This document shows, piece after piece, positions 15,467-24,309 of a DNA stretch of 59,983 nucleotides (the stretch's first letter is position 1; every line of letters starts with the position of its first letter). Below the pieces are notes generated by a model. That model worked only from the letters and a program-made list of their open reading frames with translations, made no database searches and was not told the DNA's origin. Made by a program: the position numbers and the translations under genes. The stretch is from Candidatus Calditenuaceae archaeon (GTDB taxonomy: Archaea > Thermoproteota > Nitrososphaeria_A > Caldarchaeales > Calditenuaceae): contig JANXEU010000015.1 in assembly GCA_025058055.1 (NCBI GenBank), positions 1-59,983 of the forward strand, read 5' to 3'.

Positions 15467-18400
15467 ATGAAGATGCTCTACCGAGGGCTATGTCCCAACT
15501 GCGGTGGCGATATCTCGGACGAGGACCTCCTCACGAACGGCGTCTGCAGGTCCTGCGTGCCCTTCAATGCGGCCAGCAGGGAAGAGTTGTACCGTTACCT
15601 CAGCAAGTCCAAGAAACTGAAGCGCTTCAAGGAGCCGCTGGAGCTCTCCGTGAGTATAAGCGAGTTCAAGGAGCTCTTCAGGAGGTTCGTGGGCGCCTAT
15701 CCTTGGTCCCTACAAGAGACCTGGGCTAAGAGAGTACTGCTGGGGCGGAGCTTCTCGATAGTGGCACCTACAGGCTTGGGCAAGACCACCTTCGGACTCC
15801 TCATGGCGCTGTACCTCAACGTCAGGTCAGGTGTCAAGAGCTACCTGCTGGTGCCGAGCTCGCTGCTGGTCCAGCACGTCGCCGAGAAGGCCTCCAAGTA
15901 CGTCGACGCGCTCGGGAAGGACGTGAGGGTCGTGAGCTACGCATCAGGCATGGCCCCATCGAAGATGGAACGGAGTCTGGTCGCCATCTCCTCGGGAGAC
16001 TTCGACGTCCTCATCACCACCGACAAGTTCCTCTACAACCGCTACGAGCTGTTGAAGGGGAAGGAGTTCGACTTCGTCTTCGTCGACGACGTCGACGCCT
16101 TCCTCAGGAGCCCCAGGAACATCGACAAGGTCATAGAGCTGATGGGGTATGACCCGGCCGCGGTAGAGACGGTCCTCCGAATGGTCCGTATCAGCAGGAA
16201 GAGGAGGGCCACCGACGCTGAGCTGGAGGAGTACGAGGCCCTCGACAGGGAGCTGATGAAGTTCAAGAGGACCGACAGGAACAAGGTGCTGGTCGTATCA
16301 GGTGCGACCCTCAGAGCCAGAAGGACCCTAAGGGTCAGGGCCTTCAGGCACCTCTTCGGTTTCGAGCCCGGACACACGCTGGAGCTCGTCAGGAACATCG
16401 GCAACTACTACGTTGAGGGGAGGGGCGATGTCGCGGGAACCGTAGTCGAGCTCCTGAAGCGTCACGGAAGTGGGGTGCTGGTCTTCGTCCCCCAGACGGC
16501 TGGTCTTGAGGCGGCAGAGGAGATGGCTAGGATTCTCAACGGGTCAGGTATATCCGCACAGGCCTACAAGAGAGCAAGTTCGAGGCTACTGAGCAAGTTC
16601 GTTGACGGGGATTACGAGGCGCTGGTCGGAGTAGCCAGCAGCAGGAGCCCCCTCGCAAGAGGTCTGGACCTCCCCGAGACGATAAGGTACGTGATCTTCG
16701 CGGGCGTGCCACGCAGGGAGATCAAGGTCGAGGAGAACGAGTACAGGCCACAGATGCTTCTCGCAGTCCTCAAGCACGTCTCGCCTCTTCTTGAGGGGCC
16801 TGAGGCCGCGGAGGCCCTCAGGATCACGAGCTCCCTCTCGAGGGTCGTGCCGACGACCGCTGAAGTCGTCGAGAAGGTCAGGTCCGCGCTGGAAGGAGGT
16901 CTGAAGCTGGAGGGCTTCGAGGGCCACGTCCAGGAGCTGGTCGTTCAGGCGAGGTCGCTCCTCAGGAGGGTCATGACGCCGGAATGGGTCTCGAGGCTCG
17001 CCGAGCGTGCGGACATCCAGCTGAAGGTCGTAGAAGGTGGCTACAGTCTGATTGTACCAGACGCCGACGGGTTCGTGCAGGCCTCGGGGAGGTGCTCGAG
17101 GTTGTACGTTGCAGGCATCACCAGGGGCGTCACGATAACGATCGTCGACGACCCGAAGGCCTTCCACGGGCTCCGGAGGATGCTCCAGACGCTTTACGAG
17201 GAGGCGCTCGAGCCCTACGAGGAGGATAAGGTCCGCAGGGACTTCGAGAGGGTCGACGAGGACAGGCGGAAGGTGGTCATGGCCAGCAGAGGTGAACTCC
17301 CTCCGGAGAGGTTCGACGTGATCAAGTCGGCGCTGGTGGTGGTCGAGTCCCCCACTAAGGCTAGGACGATAGCCTCATTCTTCGGCAGACCCGCGAGGCG
17401 TGAGATAGGTGATCTAACAGTCTACGAGTCCATCGGCGGCGAGTACGTCCTCACCGTCGCGGCCTCTGGAGGTCACGTGCTTGACCTGACGACCGAGATA
17501 GGATATCACGGCGTGCTCCAGTACGACTCGACCTTCGTGCCAGTCTACACGCCCATACTCAGATGCGAGGAGTGTGGGGCTCAATTCGTCGACCAGAGGA
17601 CGTGTCCCAACTGCGGCTCCTCGAACTTCAGCAGCAAGGCCGAGGTCATCGAGGCCCTCAGGAAGCTGGCGCTGGAGGCAAACAGGGTCTACGTTGCCAC
17701 AGACCCCGACTCGGAGGGCGAGAAGATAGGCTATGACCTCTACTGCAACCTCAAGTCCTTCAACGACAACGTAGGACGTCTCGAGTTCCACGAGGTAACC
17801 AGGAGGGCCCTTAACGCAGCCCTCTCTTCGCCGAGGAGCATGAGGGACGGCCTCGTCGAGGCGCAGCTTCTGAGGAGGATCGAGGACAGGTGGGTGGGGT
17901 TCGAGCTGAGCAGGAGGCTCTGGGAGCGTTTCGGCAGGAAGACTCTCTCGGCGGGAAGGGTTCAGACACCGGTCCTCGGGTGGGTGGTGAGCAGGACCTT
18001 TGAGGCCCGGAAGAAGGTTCCCCTGATGGTGGTGGTCTTCGACGACGGAACGCGGTTCGAGTTCGTCAAGCCCATCGGCTACGAGGAGCTGAGATCCGTC
18101 TTCGAGGAGGGCAATCTGTTCGGTGAGGTCGTGGAAGTCTCCTCCGAGGTCAGAGACGTCCTTCCACCGCCACCCTACACGACCGATTCGATGCTGAAGG
18201 ACGCTTGGTTCTACCTCAGAATGGGGTCGGTTGAGGCGATGCAGTCTGCTCAGTCCCTCTTCGAGTCGGGTCTCATCACCTATCACAGAACGGACTCCAC
18301 TACAGTCTCAACTGTCGGGCTCAGCGTCGCGAGGAGTTACCTCGAGGAGAGTCATCCGGGTCTCTTCAGGCCGAGGACCTACCAGAGGGAGGGAGCGCAC

Positions 18401-19054
18401 GAGTGCATCAGGCCGACCAAGCCCATGGACGAACGGGAGCTCAGCTACTACGTCCAGTCGGGGGCCCTCAGGACTGCCGCGAGGCTCACGAGGAGGGATA
18501 TCCAGCTCTACGGCCTGATCTTCAGGAGGTTCATCGCGAGTCAGATGGTCGCTTCCAAGGTCAGGTACCAGACCGTTGCCGTGAAGGTCGGCGAGAACGA
18601 GCTTAGGGTGGAGAGGCCGGTGGAGCTGGTGGAGGAGGGGTTCCTCAAGGTCAACCCGGTCGTCAGGGTGCAGCCTAGCCTCACATCAGGTGCCCGTCAG
18701 GTCAGGGGGCTCGAGCTCAGGAGGATACCGGCCGCGAGGCTGCTCACGGAGGGCGACCTCATCTCGACGATGAAGAGCAAAGGCATCGGGAGGCCCAGCA
18801 CCTACGCGAAGATCGTCCAAACTCTGTACAACAGACGCTACGTCTTCCAGAACGCCGGTCGCGTTATCGCCACCAAGCTGGGGAGAGACGTCTACCAGTA
18901 CCTCGAGAGCAATTACGGCGATCTTGTCTCGGAAGAGCTGACCCGGGAGCTCGAAGCGAAGATGGACGCCATCGAGGAGGGTAAGCTGAACTATCTGGAC
19001 CTGCTCGGAGAGCTTCATCGAGGCATCATCACGATATCGAAGAAGGCCGTCTGA
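15467..19054 (+). CDS. rgy: reverse gyrase
   Basis: N-terminal zinc finger CPNCGG...CRSC, SF2 helicase motifs APTGLGKTT and FVDDVD, then a topoisomerase IA module (VVESPTKARTIASFFG, a second zinc ribbon CEECG...CPNCG, and the active-site region ITYHRTDS). ATG 15467 is preferred over TTG 15449 (TATA CTTAAATG at about 15429-15436). Confidence 0.92.
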   Translation: MKMLYRGLCPNCGGDISDEDLLTNGVCRSCVPFNAASREELYRYLSKSKKLKRFKEPLELSVSISEFKELFRRFVGAYPWSLQETWAKRVLLGRSFSIVAPTGLGKTTFGLLMALYLNVRSGVKSYLLVPSSLLVQHVAEKASKYVDALGKDVRVVSYASGMAPSKMERSLVAISSGDFDVLITTDKFLYNRYELLKGKEFDFVFVDDVDAFLRSPRNIDKVIELMGYDPAAVETVLRMVRISRKRRATDAELEEYEALDRELMKFKRTDRNKVLVVSGATLRARRTLRVRAFRHLFGFEPGHTLELVRNIGNYYVEGRGDVAGTVVELLKRHGSGVLVFVPQTAGLEAAEEMARILNGSGISAQAYKRASSRLLSKFVDGDYEALVGVASSRSPLARGLDLPETIRYVIFAGVPRREIKVEENEYRPQMLLAVLKHVSPLLEGPEAAEALRITSSLSRVVPTTAEVVEKVRSALEGGLKLEGFEGHVQELVVQARSLLRRVMTPEWVSRLAERADIQLKVVEGGYSLIVPDADGFVQASGRCSRLYVAGITRGVTITIVDDPKAFHGLRRMLQTLYEEALEPYEEDKVRRDFERVDEDRRKVVMASRGELPPERFDVIKSALVVVESPTKARTIASFFGRPARREIGDLTVYESIGGEYVLTVAASGGHVLDLTTEIGYHGVLQYDSTFVPVYTPILRCEECGAQFVDQRTCPNCGSSNFSSKAEVIEALRKLALEANRVYVATDPDSEGEKIGYDLYCNLKSFNDNVGRLEFHEVTRRALNAALSSPRSMRDGLVEAQLLRRIEDRWVGFELSRRLWERFGRKTLSAGRVQTPVLGWVVSRTFEARKKVPLMVVVFDDGTRFEFVKPIGYEELRSVFEEGNLFGEVVEVSSEVRDVLPPPPYTTDSMLKDAWFYLRMGSVEAMQSAQSLFESGLITYHRTDSTTVSTVGLSVARSYLEESHPGLFRPRTYQREGAHECIRPTKPMDERELSYYVQSGALRTAARLTRRDIQLYGLIFRRFIASQMVASKVRYQTVAVKVGENELRVERPVELVEEGFLKVNPVVRVQPSLTSGARQVRGLELRRIPAARLLTEGDLISTMKSKGIGRPSTYAKIVQTLYNRRYVFQNAGRVIATKLGRDVYQYLESNYGDLVSEELTRELEAKMDAIEEGKLNYLDLLGELHRGIITISKKAV

Positions 19055-19217
19055 GGCCGACCCTCGGGTCCCCCTGTTTCACAAACCTCCAACCTACATA
19101 TCAATTATTAAGTGATTTACGTCATACTGGGTGTATGATATATGGATTCTCAAGAAAATAGCAGGGTTCTCCGCGATGTTATTTTTTTAAATTGAAGACT
19201 TCTCGGGTGCCCCACGT

Positions 19218-21644
19218 ATGTGGCGTATGAGAAGGGCTGGGGCCTCAACCCTTCTCCTCCTTTTGATACTGGGTGCTGTGTCTCCTCTGATATTCGTCGC
19301 GAACAGCACGAGTCCGTCCGATGTCTACGGGCTGCTGAGGTCGTTCGGCTCTTATTATAAGGGTGGGGCTCCACAGGGGCCGGAGGTAGCCTATGACATC
19401 AAGGTGGATAAGAATGGGATCTATATAGTTGGCCAGCAGTCCAGCGACGCTCCTAGACCATATCTGCTGATTCTCAACAGGGATCACTCCTATAGGTGCA
19501 GCAGTTATCTCCTCTTCCCTCCGGAAACGGACCCTTTTGGTTCCAGCTTCTCCGTTGATGTGTACGGAGAATCGGTCTTCGTGGCGGGAGTATACCGTTA
19601 CACATCAGGCGGGAGTAATGCTCTATTTGTCACGAGATTCAGAGCCGCTGACTGCTCTGTCGAGAGAGTCTACCTTTACGACCTTAGAGATTCTCCCACC
19701 AAAATCCCTGAACAGTTTGGAGAGGGGATAGACATCGCTGTCGATGAAAATAATGTGTATGTGCTGATAGGCATGATTAGCCCTGAGGGATTCGCTATTC
19801 TAAAGCTTGATCATTCTCTCACTTTCATCGCCGCTAGGAATTACCTAACTGAAATTGGGGCTGTTATTGCGTCTTCTTTCGCGTTGAGCAAGGATTACAT
19901 TTTCGTCGCTGCAGGTCCCTTAGAAGATCGTAGTGCAATTACAGAGGCGAAAAATATGATTATAATGAGGATTAATAAGAATAACTTAGACCCAACTTCA
20001 TTCGTTATCCAATTATCATTATCTGAAGATCTGTTCTTTACAGGGGCAGAAATACTGGTAGAGGAGCGTGTGCATGAAGTAGATCTGTATTTAATTTACG
20101 GACACATCTTTCGAAGTTATCCTCACGATGTGATCGAAGTCCTGAAGCTCAGGGTCCCAAAAGCTGAAGAAAGATCGTGGGTACTGCCCGTCGTATGGCA
20201 CCGCCGTTACTTCATTTCGTACGTCTACACTTTCCCGTACACGGGAACCCAAATTACGCAGCCAGTGCCAGAGTGGGGTCATATTCAGATTCTCTACGAT
20301 TACCCCATCGATGCGGCCATCTCAGACGGGTTGATCTTCGTTGGAGGTTTCATGGGTCACAGTAGTTTGCGCGAAAAACTTGCATCCAAGACGGGTTTCA
20401 TACTTGCGATCGACTCAGAGTCGGGGTCAGAGGTTTACTCGCTCAGAATCCAAGGCCCTCAAGAGGCGTCGTCGGACGTCATGGTACTGGGAATTGATGC
20501 GCGAGACGGTTGCGTTTTTCCTGCCGGAGTTACAAATAGTTACCTAATGGAATATGTCTTTTCTAACGTACTTCATGAAGTAGTGGAGGTACGGGCTGAT
20601 CAGATCCGCTCCGACTTCACCGAGCTGAGTCCGGCTGATAGACCTGATAGGCCTGATGCGAGAGAGTGGAGCGTAGCCTTCAACGCAGATACAGGAGCCA
20701 GCTGGTATTCGTTTTACGGCGTCTTCTGTCACGCGAGACTTCTAAACACCATCACGGAATCGACAACAGTAACCATAACCGTCCCTGAGACCTCTACATT
20801 CACAACAACTACAACAACGACTCTGACAGAGACCAGCGCCACTACGTCCACACAGACATCTTATACCACGGTCACGACTACGACCACCAGAACCGCCGCG
20901 GTTACGACGACGTCAACCATCTATAGGAGGGTCACAGATACGGAGGTAGTCTGGGTGACTAGGGAGACTACTAGGACTACCACCGAGACAGCCGCGGTCT
21001 TCGATACCAGAAGCACGACATCGACCCTCTTCCTGACCCGGATGATTAATGAAACCCTGACCCACACGAACCTCTTTCAGGCTACGACCTTTGTGACCGA
21101 GGTCAACAGAGTGGTGCTCACGCTGACGCGTTTCACTACATCGCTGATCTATGAGGGCGGTCAATTCACGGGCCCAACCACGACGACGACGGTCTGGTAC
21201 AACGCAACGCACACGGTGACACAAGTGCGATTGCCGCTGGACCTAACAACGGTGTTCTTCTTCGCTGGTGTATCCGTGCCACTACTATTGCTACCTGTGC
21301 CTTTAATTATAATAGCGCGGAGGATACTCGGCAAGAAGGTCGTTATCAAGTCCCACGACGCCGCTCCCTCCGAATGGCAGGAAGGAGATCAGCCGATCCT
21401 CGACGAGAAGTATCTCAAGCCCTGCGTTGTGAACATCAAGCGCGGATCAACCGTTACCTTCATCAACGAAGACGATGAGGATCACGTACTGTGGTGCTAC
21501 AGAGGGCCACTGGAGAAAAGCTTCCTCTCCAACACTATAGAGCCGAAGTCCAAGTGGAAATACAAGTTCGACACACCAGGAGTTTATTATCTCAAAAGCA
21601 CCAAAAAACCATACATCGGTGGGATAATAGACGTCTCTGAATGA
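19218..21644 (+). CDS. membrane-anchored surface protein: signal peptide, beta-propeller-like (SBBP-type) repeats, Thr-rich stalk, TM helix, C-terminal cupredoxin-like domain
   Basis: Signal ASTLLLLLILGAVSPLIFVANS. Recurring GIYIVG / SVFVAGV / NVYVLIG / YIFVAAG / LIFVGGF blades. A T-rich segment at about aa 515-660. TM VFFFAGVSVPLLLLPVPLIIIA followed by RRILGKK. The tail ...VVNIKRGSTVTFINEDDEDHVL...PGVYYLKS..KPYIGGIIDV is cupredoxin-like but lacks the Cys/His/Met copper ligands. Confidence 0.6.
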   Translation: MWRMRRAGASTLLLLLILGAVSPLIFVANSTSPSDVYGLLRSFGSYYKGGAPQGPEVAYDIKVDKNGIYIVGQQSSDAPRPYLLILNRDHSYRCSSYLLFPPETDPFGSSFSVDVYGESVFVAGVYRYTSGGSNALFVTRFRAADCSVERVYLYDLRDSPTKIPEQFGEGIDIAVDENNVYVLIGMISPEGFAILKLDHSLTFIAARNYLTEIGAVIASSFALSKDYIFVAAGPLEDRSAITEAKNMIIMRINKNNLDPTSFVIQLSLSEDLFFTGAEILVEERVHEVDLYLIYGHIFRSYPHDVIEVLKLRVPKAEERSWVLPVVWHRRYFISYVYTFPYTGTQITQPVPEWGHIQILYDYPIDAAISDGLIFVGGFMGHSSLREKLASKTGFILAIDSESGSEVYSLRIQGPQEASSDVMVLGIDARDGCVFPAGVTNSYLMEYVFSNVLHEVVEVRADQIRSDFTELSPADRPDRPDAREWSVAFNADTGASWYSFYGVFCHARLLNTITESTTVTITVPETSTFTTTTTTTLTETSATTSTQTSYTTVTTTTTRTAAVTTTSTIYRRVTDTEVVWVTRETTRTTTETAAVFDTRSTTSTLFLTRMINETLTHTNLFQATTFVTEVNRVVLTLTRFTTSLIYEGGQFTGPTTTTTVWYNATHTVTQVRLPLDLTTVFFFAGVSVPLLLLPVPLIIIARRILGKKVVIKSHDAAPSEWQEGDQPILDEKYLKPCVVNIKRGSTVTFINEDDEDHVLWCYRGPLEKSFLSNTIEPKSKWKYKFDTPGVYYLKSTKKPYIGGIIDVSE

Positions 21645-21649
21645 TGCGT

Positions 21650-22828
21650 TTACTCTCCTTTCAGCGGATACTGAACTCCGAGGACCGTGAGCTCTATCGA
21701 GACCGGTTCGATGCCTATGCACTCATAGACCGAGGGTGTGGTTCTACCGTTGTCGCCGTGAACGATCTCCTTGACGTAAGTCCCTCCGTCGACGACGAAT
21801 GTGAACTCATACGTCCTCTCGTTCAGCATAATGGCGCTAGCATCGTGAACCCTCTTGTGCCTGAGCCTCTCTCCCTTCCTACGCAGAACCCTCGTGGGGG
21901 TTCTCTGGCTGACTACAGCACCTCTTAGGGCCGAGCACACCCTGTCGATTGCCTCAGGAGGTACTGGTTCACGGAAAGTGACTTTGACCTTGTATGACTT
22001 GACCTTCTTCTCGACCTCTGTCTTGAGGAACCTGACCTCGGCCCTCGATGCGTAACCGAGGTCTATCACCTCGACCCAGTTACCCGAGAACTCCCTAACC
22101 CTCTCGGCATATAGGTGGAGGTCGCCTCTTCTCCTCGTAGGCTCTAGCAACTCCAGCACGAAGGGCCTTCCGGTCCCCTCCACGGTTGCGTCCACGTCCT
22201 CTCTGCCCGCTGCGTGGAATCTGTAGTCTATTGCACCCCAGATCTCCAGAGCAGGCATCCCCACGTACTCGGCGACCGAAGTCTCCGTGCCGGTCCTCCT
22301 CCCTGTGTTGTTGCAACGGTCGCAACCCTCCCCCCAGCACGTGTCGCAGAGCCAAGGAGACTGCGGTGTGATCCTCGATCTCTTGAGGTACCTTCCCTTC
22401 ACGAAGACAGGCATGGCCCTCACATCCACCGTCTCCGTGAAGACATCGACTAGGATCGTGAGCTCTGGGTTGGCCACGACTGCCCTCTTCCCCGTGAGCT
22501 CCGCGAAGGCCCTCCTCATCTGTCGCGTGGCGTCCCTCCGAATTGTTTCTGCCTCCCTGAGGCCGAACTCCGCGATCAGGTGCTCCTCAACCCTCCGGAC
22601 GTGCGGTGGGACGTACGTTCCGATGAGGAAGGTCTCGTACTCGTAACCCGATGCGATCTCACAGGCCCTTCGCACTAGTGAGTGCAACAAGTCATCCCTG
22701 AGTCGGTCCTCACAGACCGTGCATCTCTGTCTCTCCAACCTCACTCCCTTCTCCTCGAGGATCGAGCGGGCGACTTCGTGGCCGCACTTAGTCAGCGCCT
22801 CCAGCAGCTCCACATCACCTCTCTCCAC
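21650..22828 (-). CDS. pus10: tRNA pseudouridine synthase Pus10
   Basis: CTVCEDRL and CDTCWGEGCDRCNNTG zinc motifs, and the C-terminal GGTYVKEIVHGDNGRTTPS signature. The first canonical start is GTG 22828, but the frame stays open to 22978 and encodes the conserved N-terminal LCDRCLGRLFA motif (see finding). Confidence 0.85.
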   Translation of the reverse strand: MERGDVELLEALTKCGHEVARSILEEKGVRLERQRCTVCEDRLRDDLLHSLVRRACEIASGYEYETFLIGTYVPPHVRRVEEHLIAEFGLREAETIRRDATRQMRRAFAELTGKRAVVANPELTILVDVFTETVDVRAMPVFVKGRYLKRSRITPQSPWLCDTCWGEGCDRCNNTGRRTGTETSVAEYVGMPALEIWGAIDYRFHAAGREDVDATVEGTGRPFVLELLEPTRRRGDLHLYAERVREFSGNWVEVIDLGYASRAEVRFLKTEVEKKVKSYKVKVTFREPVPPEAIDRVCSALRGAVVSQRTPTRVLRRKGERLRHKRVHDASAIMLNERTYEFTFVVDGGTYVKEIVHGDNGRTTPSVYECIGIEPVSIELTVLGVQYPLKGE

Positions 22829-22968
22829 CGCCCCTTCGAAGAGGGCCTCCTTTAGGTCCCTACCGATCTCGGACCTATCGCTTCCGGGCGAGCTGAGGGC
22901 GAAGAGCCTCCCTAGGCACCGATCGCAGAGTACGAACCTCCTCAGCAGCTTATCAGCGAGCTCGAGGC

Positions 22969-24309
22969 TCAGAACTCCTCACCGGCCTTCCTGAGGGCCT
23001 CGGCGACGTTGGCCGGAATCCTCGTCCTCTTCGCGGCCTTCACAAACCTCTTGGCCTCGAGGTACTGCTTAACGAGCCTCTTCACGTCACCCTCCCTTAC
23101 GCCAGCCCCTCTAGCGATCCTCCTTGCCCTTGACGAGTCTATGATCGTTGGTTCCCTTCTTTCCTCAGGCGTCATGGAGTTGTAGATCGCCTCGAACCTC
23201 TTCGCCTGTTCCTCGAACTTCGCAAGGCCTTCCTCAGGTATCTTCGGTAGCCCTGGGAAGGGGAGTGACGAGAGCAGCTTCTCCAAGGGCCCCGCCTTCT
23301 TCACTTCCTTCAGCTGCTTGATCATGTCCTCCAAGGTGAAGGTGCCCTTCAGGATCCTCTTCGCCTCCTCCTCGCTCACGGAGATCTCAGCGATCTTCAC
23401 CCTCTCAACGATCGACTTGAGGTCTGGTATGCCCAGAAGCCTCGAGACGAACGACTCGGGCTCGAAGGGTTCGATGTCCTCTATCCTCTCGCCGGTCCCG
23501 ATGAACCTTATTGGTGCACCAGTCGCAGCCACCGCTGACAGCGCCCCACCTCCCTTCGCGGAGGTATCGAGCTTCGTCACAGCTATCCACCCGATCGGAG
23601 TAGTCTTGTGAAAAGCCTCGGCCTGAGGTCCAGCGGCCTGACCTATCGTGCCGTCGATGACCAGCGCGACCGAGTTCGGCCTGACAGCCTTGGCCATCTC
23701 CTCCATCTCCTTCATCAGAGACTCTTGGTCGCGGTGCCGGCCGGCTGTGTCGATGATTATGACCTCGCATCCCATCTCTTTCAGTCTGTTGACCCCTCTA
23801 ACGGCGATCCCGACGGCATCGCTTCCGCCCTCCTCACCGTAGACCGAAATGCCCTTCGGAGAGAGGAGCTGCTTCAGCTGAGCCAACGCCGCCGGCCTAT
23901 AGGTGTCAGCTCCGACCGCTCCGACCTTCAGGCCGTTGCTCCTAAGGTAGTTAGCGATCTTGGCGACGGTCGTAGTCTTGCCGCTCCCCTGTATCCCCAC
24001 GACCATCACGATGTGCGGCCTCTCCTGGGGCCTCTTCCATCCAGTCGACCTACCGCCGAGCAGGTTCACGAGCTCCTCGTAGACCACCTTGAGCACGATG
24101 TCCTTCCTCGATATTCCCGGCGGAGGCTTCTCCCTCTCAGACCTCTCCCTTATTCTGTCGGAGATCTCCTTCACCAGCTCGACCTTCACGTCAGCCATTA
24201 GAAGCGCCCTCTGTATCCCCCTCACCAGCTCCTCTACCGCCTCCTTGTCGGCCAGCGGCCTTCCCACGAACTTAGAGACCGCTACCTTGAGGGCCTCACC
24301 CAGTTTCAA
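22969..24309 (-). CDS. ffh: signal recognition particle protein SRP54
   Basis: N domain ...RALLMADV, G domain GIQGSGKTTT, DTAGR, TKLD, and a Met/Lys-rich M domain. TTG start overlaps the coaBC stop by 14 nt. Confidence 0.92.
   Translation of the reverse strand: MKLGEALKVAVSKFVGRPLADKEAVEELVRGIQRALLMADVKVELVKEISDRIRERSEREKPPPGISRKDIVLKVVYEELVNLLGGRSTGWKRPQERPHIVMVVGIQGSGKTTTVAKIANYLRSNGLKVGAVGADTYRPAALAQLKQLLSPKGISVYGEEGGSDAVGIAVRGVNRLKEMGCEVIIIDTAGRHRDQESLMKEMEEMAKAVRPNSVALVIDGTIGQAAGPQAEAFHKTTPIGWIAVTKLDTSAKGGGALSAVAATGAPIRFIGTGERIEDIEPFEPESFVSRLLGIPDLKSIVERVKIAEISVSEEEAKRILKGTFTLEDMIKQLKEVKKAGPLEKLLSSLPFPGLPKIPEEGLAKFEEQAKRFEAIYNSMTPEERREPTIIDSSRARRIARGAGVREGDVKRLVKQYLEAKRFVKAAKRTRIPANVAEALRKAGEEF

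Noticed and set aside
17414-18286. 290-aa minus-strand ORF inside reverse gyrase
   Set aside because: Antisense shadow of a well-supported 1195-aa gene. The same applies to 12435-13139, 44747-45463, 50019-50711, 48308-48913 and similar long antisense ORFs.
20760-21200. Thr-codon-rich repetitive stretch
   Set aside because: Coding low-complexity Thr-rich stalk of the surface protein, not a discrete DNA repeat family.
19100-21650. AT-rich segment as a mobile element
   Set aside because: No integrase or transposase, no terminal inverted or direct repeats, and it is a single continuous surface-protein gene. Kept only as a compositional anomaly.
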